The notes: a model not told the origin generated them from the sequence alone. Positions 23,862-37,212 are shown, counted from the whole stretch's first letter. The stretch: DNA of 63,317 nt, filler included, from Pigoraptor vietnamica (GCA_943704525.1; 9 parts of 9 records of this genome joined end to end with filler, not necessarily neighbours in it), one strand, 5' to 3'. Program-made: numbers and translations.

Positions 23862-26800
23862 ATGCCGCCCCAGGAGACCGCCACGGCCGCGCTGCTCGTG
23901 CAGCTCGAGGGATCGGGCCGCAAGGAGGCCGGCACGACCATGGCCGAGCACGTCAAGACGACGGGCCTCGCCAAGGCTGAGAAGGCGCTGCTCTTTGCCA
24001 CGCTCGCCGAGAACATGAACAAGCAGGGCAAGACGGGCGCCGACTCGCGCGAGGGCGCGTGCATCTGCATCACGGCGCTGTGCAAGGAGCTCGGCGCCCC
24101 CGTCGTCCCCTACGTCGTCCCGCTGCTCCCGGCGGTGATCGAGCTCATGGGCGACAAGTTCCGCCCCGTCCAGGTGGCCGCGCAGGAGGCCGGCGATGCC
24201 ATCGTCGCCGCGCTCAACCCGAACGCGATCCGCGTCATCCTTCCCCACCTCCTCGGCAAGAGCGCCCGCTGGCAGTCGAACTACTTCCGGATGGAGGCCC
24301 TCGCGCGCCTCGTCGCGACGGCGCCGCTCCAGATGGCCCGCTTCATGGGCGATCTCGTCCCCTTCCTCTCGGAGGCCATGTGGGACCTCAAGCCCGAGGT
24401 CAAGTCGTCCGCCAAGGCCGCGATGCAGTCTGCATGCAACGCCGTCGACAACCGCGACATCAAGCCCTTCATCCCCGATCTCCTCCACGCGATCGAGAAC
24501 CCCAAGGAGGTGCCCGAGACGGTCCACAAGCTCGCCGCGACGACGTTCGTCCAGACGGTCAACTTTGCCGCGCTCTCGGTCATGGCGCCCCTTCTCATCC
24601 GCGGCCTCCAGGAGCGCTCGACGGCGACGAAGCGCCAGTGCGCCCGTATCATCGAGAACATGACCAAGCTCGTCGACCACGCGTACGACGTCGCGCCCTT
24701 CCTCCCCAAGCTGCTGCCCCTCCTCGAGGCCGCCAAGAACGAGGTCTCGGACCCCGAGTGCCGCGACGTCTGCCAGAAGGCGCACGAGATTCTCGTCAAG
24801 AAGGGCAACCTCAAGGAGCACGTGAACAAGCTCGTCGACGCCGCCGCCGTCCTCCCGATCGTCAAGGCCGCCCTCGGCTCGAGCGTCGCGCTCGTCCCCG
24901 AGCACGTCCAGCTCTTCGTCAGCGAGCTCTCGTACTCGCTCGCCGACCTCAAGGTCTTTGAGCACGAGGCGTGGACGAACACGGTCGTTCCCTACCTCCA
25001 CCCGTTCGTCGACGGGCACGTCGCGACGGTCGTCGTCGACAAGGTCCTCCGCGAGGCCGTCGACGGCGAGAAGGGCGTTGAGGAAGTGCAGGAGGCTGAC
25101 GACGCCGAGGAGCTCTGCAACACGACGTTCTCGCTCGCGTACGGCTCGAAGATTCTCCTCAACAACACGCAGCTCAAGCTCATGCGTGGCTACCGCTACG
25201 GCCTCGTCGGCCAGAACGACTCCGGCAAGACGTCGCTCCTCCGCGCAATCGCCAACCACAAGGTCGACGGCTTCCCCCCTGCGGACGAGGTGCGCACGGT
25301 CTTCGTCGAGACGGACATTCAGGGCGAGCTCTCGGACCTCAGCGTGCTCGACTACATCTACGCCGACGCGCTCCTCAAGGACTGCGGCGTCCCGCGCGAG
25401 GAGATGGCCAAGGTGCTCCAGTCGGTCGGCTTCACGGACGAGTCGCCCGCGAACATCACCACGCCCGTCGGCGCCCTATCTGGCGGTTGGAAGATGAAGC
25501 TCGCCCTCGCGCGCGCCATGCTTCTCCGCGCCGACATTCTGCTCCTCGACGAGCCGACGAACCATCTCGACGTCCACAACGTCAAGTGGGTCGAGGGCTA
25601 CCTCAGCAGCCTCAAGGGCGTCACGAGCATCATCGTCTCGCACGACTCTGGCCTCCTCGACCGCGTGTGCACGCACATCATCCAGATCGACTCACTCAAG
25701 CTTCACGTGCACAAGGGCAACCTCTCCGAGTTCGTCAAGATCGTCCCCGAGGCGCGCTCGTACTTTGAGCTCAAGGCTTCCAAGGCCGTCTTCCGCTTCC
25801 CTCCCCCTGGCCCCCTCGACGGCATCAACTCGAAGGGCAAGCCGATCATGAAGATGACGGACATCACGTTCACGTACCCCGGCGCCTCGAAGCCCCAGCT
25901 GCGCAACGTCACGGTCCGCTGCTCGCTCTCGTCGCGCGTCGCCTGCCTCGGTGTCAACGGCGCGGGCAAGTCGACGATGATCAAGCTGCTCACGGGCGAG
26001 CTCAAGCCGGACGAGGGCTCTGGCGAGGTGTGGAAGCACCCGAACGCGCGCGTGGCGTACGTCGCCCAGCACGCCTTCCACCACATCGAGAGCCACCTCG
26101 ACAAGACGCCGAACGAGTACATTCGCTGGCGCTACGAGAACGGCCGCGACAAGGAGGCGCTCGAGAAGGTCACGCTCATCCTCACGCCCGAGGAGGAGGC
26201 CAAGATGAAGCAGCCCTTCATGGTCGAGATTGAGGAGGCCGACGGCACGATCAAGCGCGAGAAGCGGACGGTCGAGTCGTTCACGGAGAGCCGCCGCGAG
26301 ATTTCGAAGCGCGTGCAGTACGAGGTCCGGTTCGTCAACTACCAGAACCCCGTCTGGGTCAACCAGCAGGTGCTCCTCGACAACGGCTTTGCCAAGGTCC
26401 TCAAGGGCATCGACGAGGCGATTGCGCTCGCTGCATCGACGTTTGGCCGTGCGCTCACGACGGCGAACGTCGAGAAGCACCTCGGCGACTGCGGCCTCGA
26501 GGCCGAGTTTGCGACGCACATGCGCATCCGCGCGCTCTCGGGCGGCCAGAAGGTCAAGGTCGTCCTCGCTGCCGCCATGTGGAATTGCCGTGGGTATCTG
26601 TTCGTCGCTGTTGATGCTACGTGTGCTGCTGCGCGTGTCACTTTCATAGTTTGCTGGTTCGTAGCTCCTTGCTGACCTTTCCTTTCCCTTTGTGTCTGCG
26701 CAGCGCACATTCTCATTCTTGACGAGCCCACCAACTACCTCGACCGCGAGTCGCTCGGCGCGCTCTCTGGCGCCATCCGCGAGTTTGACGGCGGCGTCGT

Positions 26801-27196
26801 CATGATCACCCACAACACCGAGTTCTGCACGGCGCTCTGCCCCGAGGTTTGGGTGAGTGTCACTTGCTCTCTTGGCTGCTCTGTCTCGTACTCTTCTGTG
26901 CGGATTGCGACGAGCGCCTGTGATCTGACTTCACTTCCCTCTCTTTCTGCGCGCAGCACCTCGAGAACAACACGCTGAACCTCAAGGGCGACGCCGAGTG
27001 GATGAAGGCGGCGATGGCGGAGAAGGTTGTCGTCAAGGACATTGCCGAGACGATGATTGACAAGTACGGCAACGAGGTGAAGGTCAAGGGACCCGCGAAG
27101 AAGCTCAGCCGCCAGGAGCGCCTCAAGAAGGAGAAGAGCCGCAAGATGCGCCTCGCGCAGGGCCTCCCCGTCTCGGACGACGAGGACTTTGAGTAG
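23862..27196 (+). CDS. eEF3: Translation elongation factor 3 (eEF3): HEAT repeats, two ABC domains, chromodomain insert
   Basis: Exons 23862-26589, 26704-26852, 26957-27196. Motifs: [124 protein letters not shown], basic then acidic C-tail. Very strong C/G-ending codon bias. Confidence 0.95.
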
Positions 27197-27732
27197 AGCG
27201 CCCTCTCACTATTCGACTTGTGCGCTGTTTGCCGTTCGCTGTCTTCTGAATTTCTTTCTCTTTTTTAACGCGGCTGCTTTTGCGTGCGTGTGCGTGCGCG
27301 TCGCTCTCAAGTTTCTTTTCTGCCTTTGCGATGGCATTGGACCTCGTGCCCGTGCAACTTGCGCGACTGTCTCAGGAAGACGTCGCCGCGGTGTGCCGGG
27401 GCGAGCCGTGACGTTAATAAGATGGAGGATTGGTGAAAGAAATGTCTCCTGCCGTGCGGTGAAAGACACTTGCTGTGCTTGTCAACAGTGTAGCACCTCG
27501 CGTGGAGAAGTGTACTCGTACTCGTATCAGGACCCTGACATCGCTCAGAACAGCGAAAACGGCACGTCAGACTCCGCGTGGAACGATGTCATCCACCACC
27601 TAGAGAGATGGCGGTGTTCTAGTCCTCGGCATAGTGAACAGTGAAAAGACGGCCGGCCACCGGTCGGTCGGAACGGGTACGGACCGCCTTGAGTTCTTTT
27701 CCGGAACCCTCAATAACCCCCCCACCCCCCCC

Positions 27733-27832
27733 NNNNNNNNNNNNNNNNNNNNNNNNNNNNNNNNNNNNNNNNNNNNTTAATTAATTAANNNNNNNNNNNN
27801 NNNNNNNNNNNNNNNNNNNNNNNNNNNNNNNN
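27733..27832. other. Artificial contig linker (N-TTAATTAATTAA-N)
   Basis: Identical 100-nt linkers with six-frame stops also occur at 38322-38421, 43910-44009, 47111-47210, 52385-52484, 57640-57739, 59880-59979 and 62185-62284. Most contigs end in microsatellites or homopolymers. A plain N gap lies at 30443-30541. Confidence 0.98.
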
Positions 27833-27947
<115 letters not shown>

Positions 27948-28535
27948 CCGAGTCCCGGCGAAATTATTCTTGCCGCGGCGTAAAACTGGTCACCGTGACT
28001 GGGGCATTGCATGAGAAGCGAAACAAACGGCACCTATCACGAGGTCGGAACATAGGGCGCGGTGTAACATGGCGAAAGAAGTGCGTGAGGTTTAGAAGGT
28101 ACTTAGAGGTACCTTGCTGGGAAGCGAAGGAAAACGCCCCCACGAGGCCAGCTCAGCGGAAACTCCAACTCGCCTGCGTAACATGAAGTGGCTCGTGATT
28201 GGCTGGCACCGTCAGGAACAAATTCCCAAAACGGATACCTTCGCTCGAAGGATCAACAGCGTGACGGGGCTCACGGGACTATTCTCCGCTCGGCCTTCCT
28301 CGTATAAATGGCCCTACACACACGCATTCTTGAAGATGCGCGCCCTCCCGTGCGACCGAGACGATGGGCACAACAGCCACACAAGAACGGCCCGTGCCGC
28401 AGGCCTTCAACACGGTGCGGCGACGTCGCGCGGCAGCAGCGGAGGCGCTCTGCGTCGTCCTTCTGTTCCTCTCGCAAGCGCTGCTGTCGCATGCCGGTGG
28501 GCCCTATTGTGTCTTTAGCCGCGCGTTCAAGCAAT

Positions 28536-29772
28536 ATGAACTCGACCCACGATTCCCTCCGGATGATCAGTTCCACTACGACACCGGCTTCGTTGAGCAA
28601 CTTCGTGCGGGCCCTTCGCCTTCGACGGTTGCGTTCACTCCAAGGACTGCGAACGCGGCGACTGGAGTGACGGAGGCACGCGGGCCTGGCCAACCCGTGA
28701 AATTTCCAGCGGAATTGGGAGAGTGAGTTTGCGCCCTGCACTGTCCGGTGACTATGTCGCTCTTCAGTCTTGCTGACGGCGCTAACCGAGAGACAATTGG
28801 CCGTCAGTATCGCCGAACGTGCGCTCATGGCGTTTCGAGATGGCGATCTTAGTGACACGAACGTCATAATCTACATGGAAAAGTTGGAGGGTGAGTGCGT
28901 TTTGTGAGCCGTATTGCCGGGGTGACTCCACACTAACTCGTTGCGTCGGTAGCCGAGAGTATGCTCAGTTGCTGACGCGGCTCCTTCTTTCCCTCTTTCA
29001 TGGACACATTCAGAGTATTTCCTCTTTCTCGCGGGTTGTGACCCTGACGCCACCTTTCGCCATGCGGAGAAACTTCTCAACGACGCGAAAACTGCCGAAA
29101 AAGCCCAGAGTAAGTTGGGATGCCTCTGCGTCAGTCTGGTTGACTCTTCGGTCGTATATAAGTAGCAGCTGGACGCACTATTGAGAACCGTACACTGTCT
29201 CACGCCAGATATGTTTCCCCGCAGACAAACTTTTGAAGATCCTGGGCGAGCTGCTGCAGGCCATCGAGTGGCAATTGCGAACGCCCTTTGGTGAGCAGTA
29301 GTGTGTGCGCTGCGAGCGAACACAACTGACGGCATGAACACAAAGACGAAAACGAACTCCGCTGCCGTGTCACTGACTCGTCATGTGACTCGGTAAACCA
29401 ATGCATTTTTTGCGCCCCGGCGTCGCAGAGCTCGAATTCGAGGCGCTCAAACAGCTCGTGGTCGCGTATCGGCTCAATACGTTCCGGCGGCAGCTTTTTA
29501 ACTACGGCTTCCGCAAAGTGCCCGATCTTGAGGACGTTTACACGAACGCCGCGCTATCCAAGCGGAGTGCCATGTGCCTCGCCGATCAGGTGCTCGCCCT
29601 CAAGCGCACTGCGACGCAGTCGACGACTCGACAGCCGCGTTCTGCCGAAGGCGTGGAGGGGCTGTCGATCGGTCTGGAGCAGCTCGCGGAGCTCGTTTGG
29701 GCCGCGTGCGGGCGCATTCTGCGCGACGCCGTCAACGAGGAAGTCTTCGATGACGCGGCTGACGACGTCTGA
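28536..29772 (+). CDS. Divergent HSF-type DNA-binding-domain protein (multi-exon; 5' structure tentative)
   Basis: The last exon encodes YRLNTFRRQLFNYGFRKV (HSF recognition-helix signature). The preceding exon KLLKILGELLQAIEWQ fits HSF helix 1. Upstream GT-AG exons can be joined in frame back to an ATG at 28536 only via a 13-nt micro-exon. Confidence 0.62.
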
Positions 29773-30030
29773 ATTCTCTGCGGTGTGGTCTGGACCCATT
29801 TTGGTCGCGCCGCTAGAGCGGGCGGATGTGTGCATGGACACGCCGGGCAATTCCAGTGTTGTGAGCATGGACACGCTGCCGAGCAAACTCGGGTGACGGG
29901 TGGGAGAGCCGAACCCGGGGATTCAGTTTGCCTTGTAGGCAACTTCATCGCGAAGACCGAGCATGTTTCCGCGACGCAACTGAGGGCTTTGCCGGCCCGT
30001 TTCGCTCGCTCTAATGCTCTGCAGATGCGA

Positions 30031-30133
30031 TGGCGTGCGGCGTGGCGTGTGGCGTGTGGCGTGGCGTGTGGCGTGTGGCGTGTGGCTTGTGGCTTGTGGC
30101 TTGTGGCGTGTGGCGTGTGTGGCGTGTGGCGTG
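30031..30133. repeat. Degenerate (TGGCGTG/TGGCTTG)n heptamer microsatellite
   Basis: Visible tandem array between the convergent HSF-like and SPFH genes. Confidence 0.85.
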
Positions 30134-30548
30134 AGCATACTGTAAATACACATCTCTAGAAGGAACTATTTGGTGCGTCAATAATGAGCACCAATAATAA
30201 GTATCGGCGCACCGGGTTTGTAACTCCTGCCGAGAATCTCGAGAGTGTGAGTGCGTTTGCAAAGCTCCCAGACGTCCTTTCCTTCAGTTTACAGTATGGG
30301 ACGGAAAGCTGTACAGTTGCGCAACGTCCTTGGCTAAACGGAGAGTGTGGGCACGGCGGCGGTGTCGCCCGTGGTGATCGTGAGTATGTTCGTGACGAGG
30401 CGCCCCTTCTCTTGATCCGTGAGCGCAATACCGCGCGACTCCNNNNNNNNNNNNNNNNNNNNNNNNNNNNNNNNNNNNNNNNNNNNNNNNNNNNNNNNNN
30501 NNNNNNNNNNNNNNNNNNNNNNNNNNNNNNNNNNNNNNNNNTCCTTGG

Positions 30549-32496
30549 CTAAACGGAGAGTGTGGGCACGGCGGCGGTGTCGCCCGTGGTGATCGTGAGT
30601 ATGTTCGTGACGAGGCGCCCCTTCTCTTGATCCGTGAGCGCAATACCGCGCGACTCCAGCTGCGACACGGCGTCGACGGCGATGGTCACAGCGCCCTTCA
30701 CGACGAGTGCGCGTGCGTCCACGAGGGCCTTCGCCTGCTGCCGCTTGAGCATTGCGGCCGCGATCTCCGGGGCGTAGTTCAGCTGCATGATATCAGCGTT
30801 AGCGAGCGCATTGATCCCGCGAACACAGCCAATATGTATGTGTGTGCGCGCGCGCGTACCTGTATGTGTGAGTGAGTGTGTGTGTGTGTGTGCGTGTGCG
30901 TGTGCGTGCGCGCGTGCGTGCGGGCGCGATATGGTACTCAGTTCGCTACACAGTCATGGGTTTCTATATAGATGCACTCACCGTGTCCAGCTGCACCGAG
31001 TGCACGGCGATTCCAGCCTGCGACACCTTCTCCTGAAGAACGTCGCGGAGGCGCGCGTACACTTGCGCGGGCTCCGTTTTCAGCTGCGAAGAGAGGCGCA
31101 TTCAGCACGAGCGTGTGAGTGCGCGCCACTATCTGATAACAATTAAGGACGCTGTTGTATGGCGAACATGGACAGGCTCCCATCATACAGCACCCATCAG
31201 CGCGGAATCAGCGTCTATACGGAAGAGAGAGAAGGGGGCGCAGGTTCGATGTAGTCCACCTTTGGAAAGTAGCACGCATAAACACACCGAAAGCTGCAAC
31301 TTACGCATGCGGACGGCGTGATGTCGTGTTCCGTCGTCTCGTACGGAAACATGGCGACGACCTGCTTGAGGGTGACGGCCGCTTGGTCCGCCACAAACTG
31401 CCTGAAGTCAACGACCTCCAGTGCGGCCTTGCGCGAGTCGACGACAGCGAACACGACCACGCACGACACGATAATCTGCGCAGAGCAGCGGTGCGTGTAC
31501 ATCGAACAGTTAGATACGCCATGTTCGCTGCAGGCTGCTTTGCGCGCACAAACACACACGCACGGACACACGACAGATACACGGCGCACACACGCACACA
31601 CAACTCTATACACGCGCGCAACACACTCACGCACACGCACGCACGCACAAGCGCGCGGATACACATCCGATGCACGCGTGCGCACAGGCACGCAGACAAA
31701 CGCACGCACACGGCGCACACTCACCGGATTTCCGTGCAGGTCGAGCACTCGGATGTCCTTCAGATTGATTGTGCTCTTTCGCACACTCACGTAGCGGATC
31801 TCGCGACCAAAGATGGGCGTGCACGAGCACCCGGCCTGGCGGTTTGTACCGGAGTACTTGCCTGTGCGCGTAGATGTCGAAGTCAGCACACAGTTTGTCC
31901 GCGGTGCGTAAGGTAAATTTGCAACTCGTTTGTGTGAGTGACACGCGCGTTGTGTGAGTCGCGTATGCAAGGTGAAAGTGGGAGCGTTGTGTGAGTCGCG
32001 TGCGCATGATGTGAAGGACGGAGAGGCAGCGGCTCATCACGCGCTGAAGGCCATTGGTCGTGCTCACCGTAATGAAGGACCACAGCCTCGGTACCCTGCG
32101 TCACCGTGTAGCAGCAGACTGCGCACGGTAGAGAATAGCAAAGTGAGCGATCGAAGCCGGAAAGAAGCGGACATTTCGCACACGGGAACACGTGGGGTGG
32201 AGGACGCACACGAAGGAGCACACTGGCCGACCACTCTATGCATGAAAGCACACACATGGGCCGATCCATGTTGCACGACACTTTGAAACCGAACTTCAAT
32301 GCTACTACAAACGCAGCACAAGCGAGAGACATGCCACACAGTCCATCTCCCTCAGACTTCATGACTCACACGGCGCGATGCAGGGGAAGACAAAGTTGAG
32401 GATGCCGGGCAGCGCCGAAGGAAAGCAGCACGCGGGCTCCTCGTCCTCCAGCGTGTGCGCGACTGGCTTGAGCCGAGTGTCGTGGTCGTCCGCCAT
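30549..32496 (-). CDS. SPFH/Band-7 domain protein, copy A (6 exons)
   Basis: Spliced product: ...PACCFPSALPGILNFVFPC | CCYTVTQGTEAVVLHYG | KYSGT...VLDLHGNP | IIVSCVVVFAVVDSRKAALEV...FPYE | LKTEPAQV...QEKV..AGI.V | LNYAPEIAAAMLKRQQAKALVDAR...GAV. An alternative in-frame ATG is at 32511. Confidence 0.88.
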
Positions 32497-33044
32497 GGCG
32501 CCCACTTGCATTCAACTCAACTAAGACTCGGTCGCTCACGTCAGTGTACGCACGTGCACGGCAGGCAGATCTCTGAGTCACAGTCCGCACAATCGCGCCC
32601 TCCAACGCATTATATATGCTTTAATCCTGTGCCGTTTTGTGTGGAGGGCCTGCAGCGTCTCAGGCGCACACAGGAGGGAGCACCCCCATGACTCAGACAC
32701 CATGCGACAGGGCAAAAACCGGTTGTCCGTTATGGTCATCGCCGCTAATTTCGCCTGTGCGCACCATAAAAGGCAAGCGGACATTGCGATCGCGTGTCCA
32801 GACATTCCAAGATTTCCAAAAATGCACTTCAACTGAACTCGCCCAGCGGCCGCAAAGAGCCACTTGCTACAAAAAGACTGAAAGTGCGTCTGTGGATGTG
32901 TTTCACAAGACGGACGAAGAGTCGCCCACTACCGCGTAGAAGAAAATGGGCAGGTTTTGGCTGTGTAATCGAACAAAAGTAAGCTGAGCGACTGACGCAC
33001 CTACACGCCTGACAGTGTGGGCACGGCGGCGGTGTCGCCCTTGG

Positions 33045-33609
33045 CTAAACGGAGAGTGTGGGCACGGCGGCGGTGTCGCCCGTGGTGATCGTGAGTATGT
33101 TCGTGACGAGGCGCCCCTTCTCTTGATCCGTGAGCGCAATACCGCGCGACTCCAGCTGCGACACGGCGTCGACGGCGATGGACACCGCGCCATTCACGAC
33201 GAGCGCGCGTGCGTCCACGAGGGCCTTCGCCTGCTGCCGCTTGAGCATCGCGCTCGCGATCTCCGGGGCGTAGTTGAGCTGCATTTGGAATGACGAGAGG
33301 CTATGTTAGTTTAAATGCGATGCGATTGTTGTCTGTGTTTTTGCATGCGATGTACACCCCGTACACAGTGAGGGTAGCGTGTGTGTGCGTGCGTGTTGCT
33401 GATTCGTGTGTACTCACCGTGTCCAGCTGTACCGACTGCACGGCGATCCCCGCTTGCGACACCTTCTCCTGAAGAACGTCGCGGAGGCGCGCGTACACTT
33501 GCGCGGGCTCCGTTTTCAGCTGCAAAAGGGAAGAGAGGTTCGCGTGCAGGGCGGTATATGTAACTCAGCTCTTACCTCTTGGAAGCACGCACGCCCACGC
33601 GCGCGCGCA

Positions 33610-33649
<40 letters not shown>

Positions 33650-34089
33650 TCACACACATACACACACACACACACGCACGCACACACACACCGGACACAC
33701 ATACGCATCAGTGAACACCCTGTGCGTCAGAGAATTCAACCTACACAGGCAGAAGGCTTGATGTCGTGTTCCGTCGTCTCGTACGGGAACATGGCGACGA
33801 CTTGTTTGAGGGTGACGGCCGCTTGGTCCGCCACAAACTGCCTGAAGTCAATGACCTCCAATGCGGCCTTGCGCGAGTCGACGACAGCGAACACGACCAC
33901 GCACGACACGATTATCTGTGAGGCGATGGCGTGGGTATGTGCGGCTGAGCGCAGTGCTGTTTTTGGCGACATATGTGGCGATGTCACCGCCGCTCACATA
34001 GTCACACGCGCTCACGCACACGCACACGGATCCTCGTGCAGACAGGTGCATACACACACGCACGCGCGCGCACACACACACACACACAG

Positions 34090-34121
<32 letters not shown>

Positions 34122-34650
34122 CTTCATCAGGCTCTCTGTCGCCATTCACTCACCGGATTTCCGTGCAGGTCGAGCACTCGGATGTCCTTCAGATTGATTG
34201 TACTCTTTCGCACACTCACGTAGCGGATTTCGCGACCAAAGATGGGCGTGCACGCGCAACCTGCCTCGCGGTTTGTGCCGGAGTACTTTCCTGCGAGTAA
34301 CGCGGCGGTGAGCCCATGTGTGCGTGCAGTGACAGTGTGTGCGCCTGGTCAGGTCAGTGGCCGGGTGCGCTTACCGTAGTGGAGGACGACAGCCTGAGTG
34401 CCTTGTGTTACTGTGTAACAGCAGACTGCATTGGATATGACCCCATTGAGCGACGCTGACATTGGCTGTCTAGATATGAATGACATCGCTTTGACACGTT
34501 AGCGCGAGGCCACTCACACGGCGACACGCATGGGAAGACAAAGTTGAGGAGTCCGGGGAGTAGCGACGGCCAGAAGCACGCGGGCTCGTCGCTCGCCTCG
34601 GGTGCCGGCGGCCATGCGGTCGTCTTGTGGTTGTTGTTGTTCCCGGCCAT
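33045..34650 (-). CDS. SPFH/Band-7 domain protein, copy B (tandem paralogue, same intron positions)
   Basis: Starts MAGNNNNHK at 34650. Exons 2-6 are nearly identical to copy A in protein, while introns and the N-terminus are diverged. Ends GDTAAVPTLSV*. Confidence 0.88.
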
Positions 34651-35119
34651 GACGCACTTGCACAGGCCGGTACTCACTGGGTTGGTACGTCAGTTGGTCT
34701 GCTGCGCCGCCGGTGATTCGCCGATGCAGTGTGCGTAACTCTGCCGACTTGGCTCGCTACGGTTATGCGGCGACTGGGTGTCGGCTGGGAATGAAGCGAA
34801 GGCAGATTCAGTAGTAACCGACGCTGTGTCGACGCGGTCCTTTACGAGCCTGATGCCGGTGTGGCAACTTTATGGGGGATCACCCAGTGAATTTCCCACT
34901 GCCGGGTGATCCCCTGCCCAAAATGGCAATCCAGACTCACGTCCAGACTCGCTTCAATGTCACACCCCCGGATGAGATCCGCAAAATCGTCCGGACGCGT
35001 TTTGTCCGCCAAACAAAAAAGCCGTTCCTCTCAGTTCAAAGGCGCTGAGACATTTCCCTTTTCCCAAGCCGTCGACGCATTGCCCCGCGGGACTTGCGGC
35101 GCATCCATCCCAGTTGCGG

Positions 35120-36527
35120 ATGGCGGCGTCAGGGGGACGTCGAAGGGCCGTTGTGGTCCGAATCGCGGTGTTGGTGGCACTGGCGCTCTGCGGTGCGCGG
35201 ACGGTGCGCGGCGACTCTTTCGTCAACATGGCAGATGCCGGTGAGCGCCCACTCTTACAATTCACAGTTTATGAAAGAAGTGGACGTTTGTTGTGAGGCT
35301 GTTAATGGAACTGAACGCTCTGACTTCTGCGCCCGCGGGGCGAGGTCACCTGTCGTGGATATTTGGATGAGATATACTTGTACATGTTGTGTGTGCACGC
35401 CGTGTTCTACTGACACACACACTTCACTGACAATGTGTTGCGGAGAATTTGTGCTCGACTTCGCCTCGCCGAAGCCTCGTGAGTGCCTATGTCCCTCCCA
35501 GGTGCCTCACGCAGTATTTGCCATGTGCGGCTCCTCCGCGCAGGGTTCACAATTGACGACGAGCCCGGCTGGCCAAACGTGTACACGCCCTTCACCACCT
35601 CCCTCTCAGTTATGCCTGTCCTCGCCACGTCCCCCAACGCAGCCTACACTGTCTCAGTGCACATCGCCACGACGGGCAACCCAGGGTCGCAAAACTACTT
35701 TGCGCGCCTTTCTCTCCTGCCGCGTGCGCTTGGCTACGCTGCGCGCGTTGCTTATTACCGCCTTTCCGGCCCCGACGGTTCGTTTGCGTGGTACGATGCA
35801 GCCGTTTACGACAGCGGCGACGTGCTACTGGTGTGGCAGACTGACGCTGCACCGTACATGGCCCTCGTCACGCGGCAGTACATCGAGGAATACGATCCGG
35901 CGTACGCGGTTGGGTCCTCGTACTCAAACATGTCGGACCTGTCCTATAAGGCGATGCGATCGTTTGGGCGCGTTGCGTTGCTGTCGCCAACTGCGTCGTC
36001 GGCGTCGTTTGCGCTTGCGATGTGCGGCGGAGACGTTGACGTGGGCACGTACGTGTTTGAAGCGTACCACATTGCCGCGGACGATAGTAACAATGTGAAG
36101 GCGACGCTCGGTTTCAAAGTGAACGCCGCTAGTGTCGAGGACGCCTGTTCTTTCGTGCCGGCGATCGCATGCGACGGGTTGAGCTGCGCTACGGTACACC
36201 ACACAAAGTCGCAGACGGCGTTTGGGGTGGTCACCTTCAAGGTCTCACAGGCGGGGGATGTCTCCGCGCCCTTTACGGGGTTTTGCAATGCAGACGTCGG
36301 GGGTTCGACGTCTTCCGCAGTCCTTCGCGTCGTCGACTCTGGTAGTATTGCGCCCGTGTTTGCTGTGATCTCCAAAAAGGAGATAATGAGCGTTGCTTTG
36401 GGTGCTTCGGATTTCAAAGTGCCTGCCGTCACGTGCAACCTAGCGGAGGCCTGGACTGACATGGTACGATTCCACTGCATGCTTATCGCTGCGTTACTGC
36501 GGTGGTCGTCTTGTGTGCATGTAAGAG

Positions 36528-36569
<42 letters not shown>

Positions 36570-37181
36570 CCTGTGCGCGTGTGTGCGTGTGTGCGTGTGT
36601 GTTTGTGTGTGCGTGCCTGTTGTGTGCGTGTGTGCGTGTGTGTTTGTGTGTGCGTGCCTGTTGTGTGTGGTGTGTTTGTGTGTGTTCGTGCGAGCCTGTG
36701 TGTTCCTCTTCTCTATATTAATGATTCCACGTCGTGCCACCAGGTAAACGTCGCTGTCGTCCGCACAACCGTCGGCACGTTCGCTGCGGCCATCGACTTG
36801 GACGGGTTCGCCTACACTCTCGACGGGCCGGTCTTGGACCCGACCAAGTGGACCTGGAACAAGCTAGGCTTCACGTGCGCCGTGCTGGAGGGCAGTCAGA
36901 CGGCATCGATTGCAATTGCCCCTCCGCTGATTGGTGCCTCACCGGGCGAGTCACTGCTTCAGTGCGGGGACAGTTCGCCGCCCGTTCTCAGTCTTCCCGG
37001 TGGGTGTGTGGACACACGCATGGAATGCGCAAGACTCCACGCGGCAGCGACGTGCGCACACACGACGCACAGACTTCTTGCTCACATGCACGCACTCTCC
37101 CACTCATTCTATTCTTACATTTACTCTATTTCTTACATTTACTAACACACACACACGCACATACACACACGCACGCACGCG

Positions 37182-37212
<31 letters not shown>

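Noticed and set aside
30327..30657. Third SPFH copy or duplicated terminal exon
   Set aside because: 30327-30442 is identical to 30542-30657 on either side of an N gap, so it is an unmerged scaffold overlap.
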